Source: Monocercomonoides exilis PA203
Taxonomy: Eukaryota > Protista > Preaxostyla
Direction: 5' to 3'
Length of the DNA: 64,000 bases
Assembly (NCBI GenBank): GCA_001643675.2
Contig: LSRY02000008.1
Span: forward strand, 1,054,001 to 1,118,000
A program made the position numbers and the translations under genes. Below the pieces are notes generated by a model. That model was not told where the DNA came from and searched no databases. It was given only the letters and a program-made list of their open reading frames with translations. Of the stretch, positions 1 through 14,000 are shown in pieces; position 1 is the stretch's first letter; each line of letters starts with the position of its first letter.

Positions 1-179
1 TATGAGAAGAGAGTGTGCTTTTATAATAATAGTTATCGGCACATAGAAAAGAAGGATTGGCTGAAGGACGGGATGAAAAATTGGTTTTTCTGGGGTGTGT
101 GGAAACGATTCGAGCTATCTGTGAAGGATGACCGAAACAGATACATTTAAGATAGCGGATCAAGTGGGGATCGATTATA

Positions 180-1313
180 ATGCAACAAAAAACCCATCAC
201 TACAAGCATTTGCGGAGAAACTCTGGAAGCAGCATTAAGCACACAGGAGAAGAGAACAGCTTACGTACCATCTTCACAGCCTCGTTTTTATTTCTTGACC
301 ATTTCATTGTATGGATAGGACAAGACAAACACTTCTCTTTGGGAAAAGTGAAAGATGTTATTGTTGCCTCTCCTCAGAAATTTCTGACACCTCTAACTTT
401 TGACACATCTTCTTGTTCCTCCTTCTTTTCTTCATTGTTTTCTTCTTTTTCTTCTTATTCTCCTCCTATTTCATTATTCTCTTCTTCATCATCATCGTTA
501 TCAATGCATACTGCAGCTTCGCTGAATGTGCATTTGGATTTCCTTCTTCTTCCACGTCAGAACATCCCACCCTGCTTTAGATCATTGTTCGGCTTCCGCG
601 CTCCGGCTGTGCTGAACGGAGTGAATGAGGTGAATGGGCATCGAATGAGAAATGGCGGTGGAAGAGGGAAGGAGCTTCAAGGTACATTGCGTTCATCTGC
701 TCGCTTTATGACACCTCCAAGAAGCGAAGAGAGAGGAGTTCAAATTCAAATGGAAGAGGCAAAGAAGGCGGATTTCAGAAGCAAATTGAGCTTTGAGCAG
801 AGGATAGGGAGATAGCAGGAAGAGCCAAAGACGAAGAAGAGGACGAAAGAGAAAGACGAGTTTTGCACATTTCAAGTTGACGCTTTCGCCCAAGGCTTGC
901 ACAGGCACAACGGAAAGAAGGCGGAGAGAAGAGTGGAGGGGATGATGATGATGAATAGCAGCGGACATTTTTTCTCGTTCTGCAGCACACTCTTATCTGC
1001 TCGGCTGTATACTCAAAACATCACAGATTCCTCAACATTTGCCATCACTCCTTTTTCTCCCTTTTTGCACACACAATTGTCTGCACCTTCTGTTCTTGTT
1101 GGTACTCCACAGAAGCTCCTCACTCCTTCATCTCCAGCTTCCTACTCCTCTTCACTCACACAGAAATCCCTCTTCAAATCTTACACAAGCTCCGCCTATT
1201 TATCGAACATATCTTCATTTTCCTCTCTTTCATTTTCCGCCGCAAAGCATTCATTCATTGGGTTCTATCGTTCTCGAAATGCTGCAGTAACAAAATTGCA
1301 AGGAATCTTATAA
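180..1313 (+). pseudogene. Fragment of a multicopy Ser-rich hypothetical gene; paralogue at ~26270-27030 (-)
   Basis: ORF 180..815 shares GHRMRNxxGRxKELQGTLRSSARFMTPPRSEER...MEEAKKADFRSKLxFEQRIGR with ORF 26610..27032(-). It has TAG at 813-815 where the paralogue has CAG (Gln). Confidence 0.65.
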
Positions 1314-1850
1314 AGCCAGTGAGATAGCAGATAGCGGATGATGATGAGAAGTCATTCCCTTGGTGCAAATGGAATGACTCAAAAATAACTGGAACATCAT
1401 TATCTGCAACTGATAGAGTTTCAAGTGGAGGTGCGAATAACATGTATAATCAGGTATCTGTAACAATTTCATTTATATATTTTTCCTTTTGCAATTCGAT
1501 ATTGTTTTTGGTTTCTTTTTAACCTGTTTGATCATAAATGTGAAATGTTGATGGAAAAATAACAAAAAAGAATTAACAAACGTTGTGAAATGATCAATTA
1601 TATTTTGTTACTAACTACAAGTCTATTTTGATTGCATTTATTATTTGTGAATTGAAGAATATAATATGTCATCGTTCATTTTTTAAATACAAAACAGAAT
1701 TTATTGATCGCAATACATGTTAAACAAATCTCATCAATTAAAATGTTTTTAAATATCAATGGATAATTATAATTGATTTTTTAGTGCTGTTTAAGAAAAT
1801 GATTCAAGTGAATTTTTTTGTATACCACAATACATTTTTTTCAAAAAAAG

Positions 1851-1960
1851 TTATTCCGAAAAGCTAGAGTTTATTCCAATTAATTTTTTTTATTCCAATA
1901 AAAATAATTTATTCCGAATAAACTTTGATTATTTGAATAAGTTATTTTAATTCGAATAAA
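1851..1960. repeat. About six short TTATTC(C)(G)AATA-like motifs, possibly transposon subterminal repeats
   Basis: ttattccgaa, ttattccaat, ttattccaata, ttattccgaata, ttatttgaataa and ttcgaataaa within 110 bp. Confidence 0.4.
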
Positions 1961-3618
1961 ACCTTTCTATTCTCATTGTATCTATTATCAAAAAATCAAA
2001 ATTGGAAAAAAATATGGGGCGAAATTTTTTAATTAATTAAAAAAATCATGTTTTGTTTCAAACTTATTCTGCACACATATCACAATGTGTATAACATTAT
2101 TATGCAGAAAAATATTAGAAATGGAATTTATAATTATAATTTATTTAAATATTTGAAAACAAGCGTGATATTTTAAGAAATAACAGAAAAAGACATGCAA
2201 AAGGTGTGTTTATGATTTTTGCCTTTGTATTTAAATGCGTTGAATGTGAATAAAAGTTTCATAGTATTGTCAATGTTACGGGCACTGATTTCAAATGAAC
2301 GGTAAATATTAACGCGTAATTATTGTATCTGCTTTCGGATAACTTAGCCTTTGCGAAAAGAGATTTTTTTGATTTATGTGTCGGTCGAAGATGATGTGCA
2401 ATGTCGAGATCGCTTTTTTTCGATTTTTTCACTGTATTAGGAAATTTTGGTGACTTTTTAATATTTTTGTCATTATTAATTTTTAATTATAAAATTTAAA
2501 AATAACTTATTTCAAGTATTTATTTTTTTCGTATTAAAGCACCATAATTACAAAATTGATCTTTTTATTGTTCGAGAAATAATCCTTTCTGGCTGTATTT
2601 TTGAGTACACTCGTATCAGATGAATGGCATTTTCAAATTATAAGCATTCTAAACAAATGTGTGAGATTTTAACTTTTTGAATCTTAAAACTGGCTAAAAA
2701 GTTATAAAGTGAAATAAATTAATCATTAACTTTTTGTTCTTTATTTTACAAATGAATTCAACTTCAGATTTAACTTTTTCCAACTTCAAGAAATCAGCAC
2801 GCTGTTATATTGGAATTTCTCGATTTTATATTTTCCGCATTATATCAAAGATTGGTTTGAGAATAAAGAATGCACAAATAACGTTTTTGAAATCAATATT
2901 TCTCTCTATCAAATTGTTGAATATTTTAATTTTTGTATTTGTGTTTAAAAAAATGAACTTTCAAAGATATTTCAGAAAAATGGTTTTTTTTAATTGCTAA
3001 ATAAACTTATGTTTTCGAAGTTTGAAAACTCTTTTCAAATAAAGTTTCTTGTCATTTCGATGATAATAAAACAAAAAACAAGAATTATATATAGACTTTG
3101 AACTCAACAAATCTTTTCGAATGCAAAAAATCCTTAATAAATATAACTATTTTTTCAACCTTGTTACTCAGAATTTAATGTGTTCAAAAAGTTGTTTCAA
3201 CATTGAATTGAAGTTTTGAAAAGCGACTAATATAATTGTGATTTGTGAAAGGTTTTTATATGAGTTGAACTGTGATATTTGTATTTTTGTTTCGAATTAA
3301 TCAGATTGTTGGAAAAGGAGGAGATGCATGATTTCGATAAATGAGATTGAACTTGAAAAAGGAATGAGCGTTTCATCAACTCAGAATATTGAAAAAAACA
3401 GCCAAACAAAAAATTGAATCCCTGTGTTAAAAGTTTATGACCGTTAATTTTCGAGCACATAAATGAATGATACAAGGATGGAGTAAGTGCTTAGGGCTCA
3501 TTTGATAATTCCATAAAACGCATTTTTGATGAGTGTGCAATGAACAGTTACAAAAGTGCTTATAGCACAGAAAAAGGAGGGATGAAAGTTGTGGTGAAGA
3601 TCGAAGAATCATTTTTGA

Positions 3619-6600
3619 AAAATAAATGATAGCTCTTTTTCGATTTGCAAGTGCTCGACGGAATCAGAGCGTAGCGGAGGGCTGTTCATCAATGGAGCCA
3701 AGGATGATGTGAATTATGAAGGCGACACCAAGATTATGTCTCTGAATTTCAACATCGTGAACATCATGTTTTATTCGAATGAGGCACATGAAGGGAATGA
3801 TATATTCATCAAATGCTACTCGATTGCAAAACAGATCAACGAAACACTGTTCACTTTGAACTACAACCAGGAGTCATTGAACTCAGACAACTCCATCTGC
3901 GGATGCGATTCAAAAGGAATTGCTAACATGGATCTGATTCCGCTGATCACTTGCTTTAAAAGCCTTCAGGTGTTTTTGAATGCAGGAGGAGTGGATGGCA
4001 GACGATGCGGGGCGCAGAGCAGTCCATGCAGCAGCATCAACTGCGCGGTTGATCACATTCAGGAAGGAGTGATGAATGCGATTCTGATTGACGGAGAAGG
4101 AGTGGTTTCAGGAGAATGTGTGATTGGAGATCTGAATGTGAATTCATACAAAAAGACACAGGCGATTGTGAAGCTGAAATCTAAGATTGAGAAATCGGCA
4201 GAGAAGGATTGCATCATGGAGTTTATAAACGAAAGCGCTGTGGAGAGATGCTCATTCGAGTTTGAAGATACGTTTGTGGCGACTCACAGCTACATAATGA
4301 AAGTGAAGAATGGATCAACAGAGATCCATAAATGCGAGTTCTACTCATCAGCAACAGTAGAAGACATGAAGCTGAACAGTTCGGTTGTGAGCGTGGAAAG
4401 CGGAGAGCTGAGGATATTTGATTCAGCATTTAGAGATTTGCATTCAGCAGGATCGGTGCTATTATTCAACAGAGAATCGAATGTGACGCTGCTTGAAACA
4501 AGCATTTCAAATATCAAAAGTGAGGGAGATGTTGTGAGTGTTGGGGGTAAAGCGAAAGTGGTGATGAAGATCATGACGATAGAGAATGTGAGTGTAGCAT
4601 CAGAAAGATGTGTTGTTGCGATGGAAGATGCAGAACAGGAGGTGAGTGTGCTGAACTGCTCGTTTGGGAAACGCGTGAATTCGGTGGAGAAGGGAAGCAT
4701 GATGCAGATAAGACGATCCAAGGAAGTGAAGGTTGAGATATGTGTGTTTGATGGAGAAAAAGAGGAGAAAGAAGCAGAGACAGTGAACGAAGAAAACAAG
4801 TGGAAAGAAGGATTGTGCGAATGGAGCGGCTCGTTGATTGACATTGAAAACAGCAATGTGGAGATGAAGGAGACAACGGTTATGAAGAGCAAAAATGGAG
4901 GGCTGTGGGTGAGCGGAGGAAGCGTGAAGATTGAAAACAGCAAGTTTGAGAACAACAACCCCTCCATTGAGGGATATCCATCAGCGCGAAGGAATGTGAT
5001 CTGCACAGGGAATTGCGAACTGAATGTCGCGAGCGTGAAAGGAGGAGATGGACTGAAAGATAACTCATCGCTTTGGATATTGGACGAAGGATGTCAATTA
5101 GGAGGGATTGCATCAGAAAGAGGATCATCGTATTTCATCCCGGTTCTGGAAGAAGTGAAGAACTCAACACAGGCGAGTGGGAGCATGGACTTGAACATTC
5201 GCGGGAAGCTGCTTCTTCCGTGCAACTTGTCGCTGAAGATAAGCATGAATGACGGGGATGAAGAGGAAATTGTGAGAAATGGAATTGATAAAGAAGGCTC
5301 TGAGTCAGAGAATGTGATTCATTCAATTATTTCAGGTTCAGAATTGGAGAAAGTGAGAGAAGAGACAGAAGTGTGTGTATGGATTGTGTTTGGGAATGCA
5401 GATGCTTCTTCCTTCACTTCAGCAGCTGTGCTGAGGAACAGGAGTGAAAGTGTTGTAAAAGAAGATGAAAGAATTGTTGAAGGAGAGAAAGAGCGGAAAT
5501 CATTATGGACTATTATTTGTCTGATATTTGTTGTTTTGTTAAAATCTGTTATTGTTTCTATTTGTTGGAGAAAGGCTAAGAATGAAGCGAAAGATATGAG
5601 AGAGATTGTGAATGATACAATGAAGAATGATCCGAAGGCTTTTGAGATGGTGACGATGGAGATGTCGCCTGAGGAGCAGTGGAGGAGAGCTGAGAGGGAG
5701 GCAGAGAAGAAAAATGAAGAAAGAATGAAGAAGAGAGCATATGAGTAAACCTTGGGGCATTCAGAATCATCAGAGCATTTGCTGGCTGAGAGTGGTTCCA
5801 CTGAATATATTCTGGGAAGAGACTCAGACAAGATCCCAGAATGGATGCTTGAGAATGTTGTTGAGAAAGAAGAGGAGGAGGAAACAAGAAAGAGTACTTC
5901 ATCACCATCAATTTCTTCGACATGTTCAACTGATTCAGATTCGACATTTGTTCGTGGAGAAGATCTGTTTCCAACCACCTCATCGATGTCAAACCTTGTG
6001 GATGCAATAGCGTGCTCTTCACCACATGAGAAGCTGATTGTGGATTTGAGGGATTCGCTGTTCATGTTGCTCCATGGGAGGAATAAGACAAAAGAGATGT
6101 CAATTGGGAGCTTGAAGGAAAGAGAGCAGACAGCTGCCCAGATCCTGTTCTGGGTGGCGAATGGGGCACTTCACTCCTTTGATGAAATGCAAAATCCTCT
6201 TCAGTCACTTGTCAATCTAAGTCCGCACATTGTTCTCTTTTCAGAGCATATGGTAATCTGCATTGTGATGCATTCAGACTTATTGTCAGATGATGACTCA
6301 GATTCATCATCCATCTCATCATCAACTGTTGTGACATCTGCCAGTGATGATGATGATGATGATGACTCCCTTCCTTCATCCGCCTTTGAGGATGAAGATA
6401 GTTTCAAAAAAGAGTGCCTGAGGTGGAAGGCGCCAGAACCGATGATCAACAAGAGCATGGGAGCAACAAAGGAGTTAGCGGCTTTTTTTGAAGGAATGCA
6501 GCTGTGGGAGTGCCTGACACTTTAGATACAGTTTGGTGAGAACAACGCTGTGATTGCAGGAGACAAGATTGAAAAAGGAGAAAGGGCAGATATGATTAAG

Positions 6601-6768
6601 ATTGAAAGAAGTTCAATGAAAGAGATTGAGAAATCATGTGTACAGCATTATTCTGAAGGAAGATTGAACTTGAAGGATCAAAAAAGAGAATTTAATGTTC
6701 ATTTGACAAAAGGGATGACAATTCTTACTGTATCAGATGCAATTTGCTTGGAGGAAATAGCAAATTAA
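3619..6768 (+). pseudogene. 5'-truncated surface-protein gene: beta-helix-like ectodomain, one TM helix, degenerate kinase-like tail
   Basis: ORFs 3709..5748, 5752..6525 and 6550..6768 share one frame, split by TAA 5746-48 and TAG 6523-25. Motifs: CGAQSSPCSSINCA, GGLWVSGG, hydrophobic LWTIICLIFVVLLKSVIVSIC, then LRWKAPE and LWECLTL. The frame is open upstream only to ~3619, with no signal peptide. Confidence 0.75.
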
Positions 6769-7268
6769 AGCAAAATAAAAGCGGAAGCGTACAAAACGGA
6801 TTCATGGAATACGCATGAGATGTTCAACCTGAGACAACTGGAAATAATTTATTAGAGAAGTTAAGGAAATTAGAAGTTTTTCAATCAGTTGAAGGATTAT
6901 AACTTTTTTTGCTGGAATGATCAAAAGTTTTACCAAAGAGAAGATGGAAGATAGATATTAAGAAAAATTGTTGAGGAAGTCAGCATATGTGTGACGTCAT
7001 AAATTGTTAACATATGTTTTTGCAGGGAGATGCTGTTCGTGAGTGAACAGATAAGAGAATGTTCACAATTTTTGTTTGAAAATGCATCATATCAAAAAGT
7101 GAATTCAACTTTAACATCAAAAAAATGTTTGTTTATGAACTTATGGAGATGTGAAGCAAAAAGTGATAATTGTCAAATTTTCAATAAAAGATTTAGCTTT
7201 TTATTTAAAAGCGTTATATGATTCATAACAAAGGAGCATGTTAATTGAACAAAAATGAAAAAAAAAAG

Positions 7269-10031
7269 CTAAAGAAAAAGTAAATTATTGAGAGTTTCTA
7301 AAGAAAGAGAGTGTCTTCTATCCCCAACAATACGTCGAAGTCGAGAAAAGAGGCGCTCACAAGAAGCTTCGCTACACGGAAAAGTAACCAAGGCGAAACA
7401 AACATTCGAAAATATTGAATGAAATATACCAGATTTGCTAATTTCTGAAAATAACACAAATAAATTATTCTACAGATATGATTGATGGCAATCAAAAAGA
7501 AATGAAGAATACAAAGCTTCTAGCTTTTCCTTGAAGTATTCCGTTTGCTTAAAAAACACTTTTGATATATAACCATGAAATCCACTTTTCATTCTTATGA
7601 ACCAGTCCATATTAATTTTCTCTTGTGTGTTTCTTGTTTCTTTAACTTTTTGCTCCAATTTTTTTTGAGTTCCAATTTCAATTTGTTCATTTGAACCGAT
7701 GAAAACAATATCATCTTCATATTCTTCATTTTTCTTTTCTTCATCATCATCCAAATCATCCGTTTCATTTTTTCCTTTTTCTTCAGAACAATCTTCATTT
7801 TCTTTTCGCCTTTTGTAACGAGTGTTGTGAATAACATTTTCTTTCATTGTTGACGAAGAGGTCTCAGATTTTTCAGTATATTCATCTTCTTCAGAATCGC
7901 TTTCGGCTTGCAATAGTCCATATTCATCTTCATCTGTTTCATATGTTTTCACATGTTTCGAAGAAGATTCTTCACATTTTGTTGAAGAGTTTTCTTCGAT
8001 TATTTGGAGAAGTTGAACAATTCGAGAGTATCCTGGAAATGAGTTTTCTTTTTTTTCAAAAACTTTGGCTGAAGAAGACTGATTTGACGGAGGAATGACG
8101 GATGAATCTTTATTTGAGTTATCATAGAGTGATGGATTAAGTGACTGAAGTGCTGAATAAAACGAATCAATTGTGAAAGGGTTAAATGAGTATGTTGACA
8201 AAGAAGAAGGCAAATCGAATGACAATTTATTTGGAAAAATATCGCTATCTATTGGACTTCTGGACTCAACGATTTGTTTTGATGTTTTTGAAAATAATTC
8301 TTTCTTTCGGTCACTTCGTTTTTCGAAGATAACAGTTCTCAGATCATAATCGATAACTTGATTTGATGAAATTTGTCTAATGTTCATTGATGAATTTGAT
8401 GAAGAATTTGAAGGAGAACTTGATGAAGAATCAGAAAAAGATGAAGACGAAGGGGAGGAAACAAAAAAGGATTCGAAGAACGAAGACGAAATAGAAGCGG
8501 ATGGCATATGTTTTGATTGCTCAAATGTGCAAAGTGGATTCCTTTTTTCAGAAGTATTTTGAATCAAGTTTTGTAGATTTGTTTCTGATTCAGAGTGTTT
8601 CGTTGTTTGATCCAATGATTCACGACGAAAAACAAGTTCGTATTTCGCTTTCAGCCTTTTCAATTCTTTGTCGTAAGACTCAGAAAAAGAACCCAATTGA
8701 TGGTTATTTCTCCCTCCAGGAGTCAATGAAAAGGCCAAAGAGATCAGGTTTCCCCTATCACCTGCAAAAAAAAAATTAAACAAAAGGATTATAATATCAC
8801 ATAAACCAGATTGCCAGTTTTCTTCTGAGAATTCTTCAAGGTCCTGCATCCATGAGTAGCGAGCAAATGCTTTCACCAGCAAATGGAATACATCTCCTAA
8901 CTTCGTTTCATCTTTTTCGAACTGTAACTGTAGTTCTCTTAAGGGAAATAATAGAAGTTCACATTTGATCACATTTTCGAAAAAAATCAATTCCTATAAT
9001 TCAGAAAAAATCTCATCACGAAAATGTTTTCTAATAAAAACAAATATCAAAAATGCAAAGCCATCTTGTTTCAATGAAAGAAGGGCATTTTGGTGTTGAG
9101 GGTTGCCTTCGGGAAATCACCTTCGCTTGTTTCGTAAATGAAATAATTGCATCTTTCTGTGTTCGAAAGAATTCGTTATTGTTAAAAAAATGAGAAACAA
9201 CTAAGTTTAATAAATGGTTGCAACAATAAATAAAAATTGGTGGTGTACCTTTGTAAAATGACAAAGATTTTACTGTTGTGGTTTCTTCTGAAAGGCTCTG
9301 AATTGCAAGCTTCTGAGGAAGCAAGCTGTTGTGCAAAAACACCGAACTTCTCCGTGTAAATCTTTTATTTCAGTCATAATTTGGACTGCAAGTTGCGAAT
9401 AATCAAAGGAAGTGAAGCACGCTTTTACTAATTTATAAAACATTGGCTTTGCACCTGGATTCAACGGAACCACAGTTACAGCTGTGTACTTTTTACCAGA
9501 AATTACTCCACCGTCAATCATAATACCGACTGAAGAATTGAAAATTGCAGCATCCCTTTCTTTAATTGCACCTTCCACTTCCTCAAAAATTATTGCTGAT
9601 AGTTTTCTGTAATTCAATGTCGGAAATATGGTTTCTGGAGAAAATGATGGATTTTGCTGAGAAATCTGTATAAGAGAAGAAATGAAACTATTAAACTCAG
9701 ATGAATAAGTGGACAAAAATGCAATGTTACAATGTCCAATTAACCTCAAAAATTGTTTTTTTAATAAATCATATTGAAAATGAAATGGAACTACTTTTTT
9801 GTTTGAGTAATAAGTTGCTTGTTTGAGAGGATGATTCTGCTTCATAAATTTGACGATTGATGAATTTGTCAAAAGGGGACATTGATGATTAATTACTCGA
9901 TCACGTCCTTTTCTTCCGGAAACTCCACAATTAACTCCTTCTTTGCAGTTTGGACACAAATAATAAATATGTCCATCTTTTTTCAATGTTCCATCATTTT
10001 TCACAGGCGTATAAGCTATCCAAACTGACAT
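7269..10031 (-). mobile_element. hAT-superfamily transposase, disrupted by frameshifts and stops
   Basis: BED-like N-terminus (VW..Y..CPNC..H.C), first catalytic D (IMIDG), CCNH (CxxH), ETRW, and C-terminal dimerisation motif LVTFPCSEASCERLFSRL...RHSLSLETLNNLLFL. Lesions near 9330, ~9030-8990 and in-frame TAG 7470-72. Ends not identified. Confidence 0.88.
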
Positions 10032-10417
10032 TTTTTAAATTTCAAAGTGAACTTTTCCTATATCTTCTCCAGTGTTATTAGGATGCCTGTAAACTGGATA
10101 ATAATCAAAACAAATGATATGATATAATTTTTGATCAAAACTTGAAAAAATCTAACATTTTCCAAAATTTGTTGATTTTGAACATTCCAACTCAACAAAT
10201 GAACAATCACATTTTTTCAGCTATTCTATTTTTTTGCTTAATGCAGCACTCTTTTGAAAAAAAAAATTAAAAAGTTTCTGTCAAATTTAATCTTATGTTA
10301 AATTTAAACGATTTCTTTTGATTTTGTACTGTTTTGTAATTCCAAAGGCAAGCTTCTTAAAAAATCCTCATATGTTGTTAATTGTATCATGATATCAATC
10401 AAATAATCAATTTTTCC

Positions 10418-10467
10418 GTTCGACCGACTGATCTGTTCGACCGACTGATCTATTCGACCTACTGATC
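10418..10467 (+). repeat. 3 x 17-bp direct repeat GTTCGACCGACTGATCT upstream of the hAT ORF
   Basis: Units 10418-10434 and 10435-10451 are identical; 10452-10467 has two mismatches. Confidence 0.8.
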
Positions 10468-11049
10468 ATTGTCGTAAAAATGAATTTTTGAAACAAATGA
10501 AAAATAGAAATTCTTTTGTTAAAAAAAGATAATAAGTTATTTTCTATGGACTAATGATAATTTTTAAATTTCGAAAACATGAAAAATCAAATTCATATTA
10601 GCAAAATGTTAAAAATTAGTCATTTAAATCAAAAAAAAAAAAAAGAAGAAAAGAAAAAAGAATCGTTGATTTGTTTGTTTTTCTATTTATTAATCAAAAA
10701 ATATAGATGCCATGATAAGAAAAAACGAATAAAAAAAAATGAAAATAAATTTAATTGTTGCAGATATATTTTTGCATTGTCGGTCGACTTGTCGAACATT
10801 TTGGAAAATGTCGGTCTGTCGCAAAGGCTTACGGATAACTTATGCATACAAACGGAAAACTCTATGAGAACATGAAAACAAAAAGATTTAGAATACAAAA
10901 AATTTTCAGGAAGGATTTTTCAGAAGAAGAAATATAATAATCTGTTTGGAAATAATCACCTTTATTCCTTCGTCTTATTCTTTCTCTTCATCATCTTTAA
11001 CATTTTCATCATCAAAGCCAACACATCACCCCATTCATTCCTCCGCCCT

Positions 11050-14000
11050 CTCCAACTACAACACTTAAGCCACTATCATCGTCTGCGACTTCGCCTTTGT
11101 CTCTTCTCTTCAATCACACTTCTGCTTCCCTGTCACTTCTCTTGTTTCTCCCTGTCTTCCCTCTCTCTAAGATATCTGCCTTTGCAGAATGCACTTGCTC
11201 TTCACATGCTAGTTCAGCACTTCCTGCAAATGAATTTGTGGAGTATGTCTCGCTTTATTTAACAGATGAGAAGAATGACACGACAATAATACTACTGCTG
11301 ATTACACTTGATGTTTCATGGTGCTGAATGGACTTGTGTTGTTTGCAGTGGGGAAGATGACATTTCGGAAGAAGAAAGAGGAGGAGAAGGAGAAGGAGAA
11401 GATGGAGGAAGAGAATTTGAAATATCATCCGGAAGAAGGATGGAAGAACGATCGGGTAAAGACTCAATTGAAGGAAGAATAGAGGAAGGATCAGGAAGAG
11501 GGAGAGAAGAAGAAGAAGAAGAAGAAGAAGAAGAAGAAGAGGAGGAGGAGGAGGAGGAAGATGAGGAAGAAGAATATAATGATGATGATGAATATGCTTG
11601 TGTAACTGTGCATGTCACAACAGATAAATACACCCCCATCCACTTTTAATTCATTTCTCTGTTTTGTGTGCACAGCAACTCTTCTGACTTGAGGAGCAGC
11701 CAGCCAACCCCAATCTGTGCCAAATGCTTCTCCAAAAGCAAAAGGTGTGACTTATGCTCAGCAACATCGAGACGAATGGAATAAAAAGAGGACAAAGTGA
11801 GTGAGCAAAGGGAAGCAACGTGGCTGGGTGCTTTTGTGGAAGAAAGAAGAACATCACAAAATGACTGCGAAATGATCGAATAAAATGCATCTTCTGGTAA
11901 AATTGGAAAAGAAGGAAGCGAAATTGTGCAAAAGGACGAATCCGAAGCAAAAAGAGGAGTAGGCTTCGTTCCTTTCAAAATCATAAGAATGGAGAGAGAA
12001 GCAGACGCAGATGGAGATGGTGCATTATACAGACAAGAAATGAGAGAAGTCAACAACGCTATTGCTTCTTCACGCGGAACCGGAGGCAGCTCATCCTGGC
12101 AAGCACTGTTACCATCCAGAGGAGCAAGTGAATACAGCGACTTCAATGCATATGTCCACTTTCCCGACTGTTTTGACAGAGAAGGGGAAAGAAAGTCCTG
12201 GCAGCGCTGAGGGTAATTGGCGAGGAGGAGCAGCCAAGAGCAAACAGGAGACAGAAAGCAGACATCGCGAGGAAGGCGAACAGAGGGACGAATTGGATGG
12301 CTTTCTTCTGCTTGGCAGGCAGAAGATCGCGCAGCGATGTGAAGAAGTAGAAGAGCTGCTGGAGCAGAATGGAGAGGTATTGCTGTGACAGAGAGGCGTC
12401 TGCTTTGGACAAATACACTGGGACTGACTTCAGAACAGCAGAAAGGGCGCAGAGGAGCACGCGGAAAAAACACAGATGCAGCTGAGTGTCTTTGCAGCGT
12501 AAGAGAAAGGCCTTCGCAATTGACGGCGCACCTGCAATGTCTTCAGATTCCAGCTTGTTCAGCTCCAGAGCAGTCATCGCACACACTGCAGTGGATGCAG
12601 TTGAACTCTTCTGGTTTTGCTTCCGGGCAAGGCAAGCATCCCACTCTTTTGCTTCTCCGCTGAGCAACTCAGTTGTGATGCGCTTAATCAGTTTGAACGA
12701 CAAGTCTGGCGAGCGGACAAGAATCTGCTCCAACTCCATGCTCCACTGTTCAAACACCGCATGATGCATTGAATGGGAGAAGGTGAAAAGCAAATAACTC
12801 ACACAAAAAATTTCAGGATGTGCAAAAATTTTGTATCAACCTTTTGAACATTCAAAACAATCATAGCCATAGAAGCTGAGACAGATGAGGATGAAGATGA
12901 TGAGCTTTTACCAGTAAGTTTCGTTTTAATCAAAGATGAAACATATGTTGCAGATGAAGCACCAGTTGAAGATAATCTGGTATTAGTGACTGTTGTTGCT
13001 GCTTCCTCTTCTTCGGCGTATTGTTCGCATCCAAACTGCTCGTCCCATCTGAAGATGATTTCATTGGTAAATGCTCTGTCAAGGCGGAATCTGCGAACAC
13101 ATCGTTATTAAAAGGAGAACGCATCTTCAGCGGAGACTGGTGGGGCGGTGGAGGATGCATTGCGAAAAGAGGAAAAGATCCGATTGCTTGCGATACAGTT
13201 GGAGGCAGATGGCTCCCTCTTGCCATTTCTTTCAGCTTTACCTGTAGAATCTGACTGAGCAGCTGGCGCTCGAGGCTCCAGTCGTCCACAGGCTGCTTTC
13301 GCTCGTAGATGAGGATGTATGCCGAGTACGGCTTGACCGTGTCTGCCTCGCTCAGCAGGCCCAGGCGCTTGTACTTGAGGATCTCGGGATCGATCAGCGC
13401 GGTGTCGTCCAGGAAGCTCCCGCCAAAGGCCTCTGCTTTTAGTGTCTCAATGGCAGGAGAAGGGAGCAGCCTAACTCTGTCGTCGTTGAACTCGTACCAC
13501 TGGTGCGGCGCATCTCTTTCACACACAAATGAGATGTAGTGTCCAGCTTTGGCCGTGCCCAAGTGGTTGATGATGCCCTGCAGACGGTATTTGCAGCAGC
13601 TCTCCGGACGCAGCTTGTCTTTGCTTTCGTTGTTATGCGGCACCTGCAGATTCTTCAGATTCTCTTTGCGTCCAACCTTTTCCAAGGTAATTGCTGTGTC
13701 AGCTTTGGAAAACCGTTTCATACTGCTTAGTTTTTCTATCCTCACCTGCATCGCCTCCCACCTAAATGTCTCGAGATCCAAGTCCTCCTCAAGGAGGAAC
13801 TCAAACTTGTCGTTGATCTTCGCTCTGTTCCCAGTCAGCGGCTGGTAGTCAAAACGCCTGAGAAAAATAATGAGTGTATTCGGCAGGTCTCTCAGAACTG
13901 TTCGGTTGATCACATCAACCTTATGATACTTGCCACACTCTTCGCATTCGTAATCCTCAATCTTCGACCCAACCACCATCGACGTCAACGATTCCACCAG

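Noticed and set aside
7023-11132. CAGGGA...TCCCTG as hAT TIRs
   Set aside because: 6-bp match only, with no 8-bp TSD.
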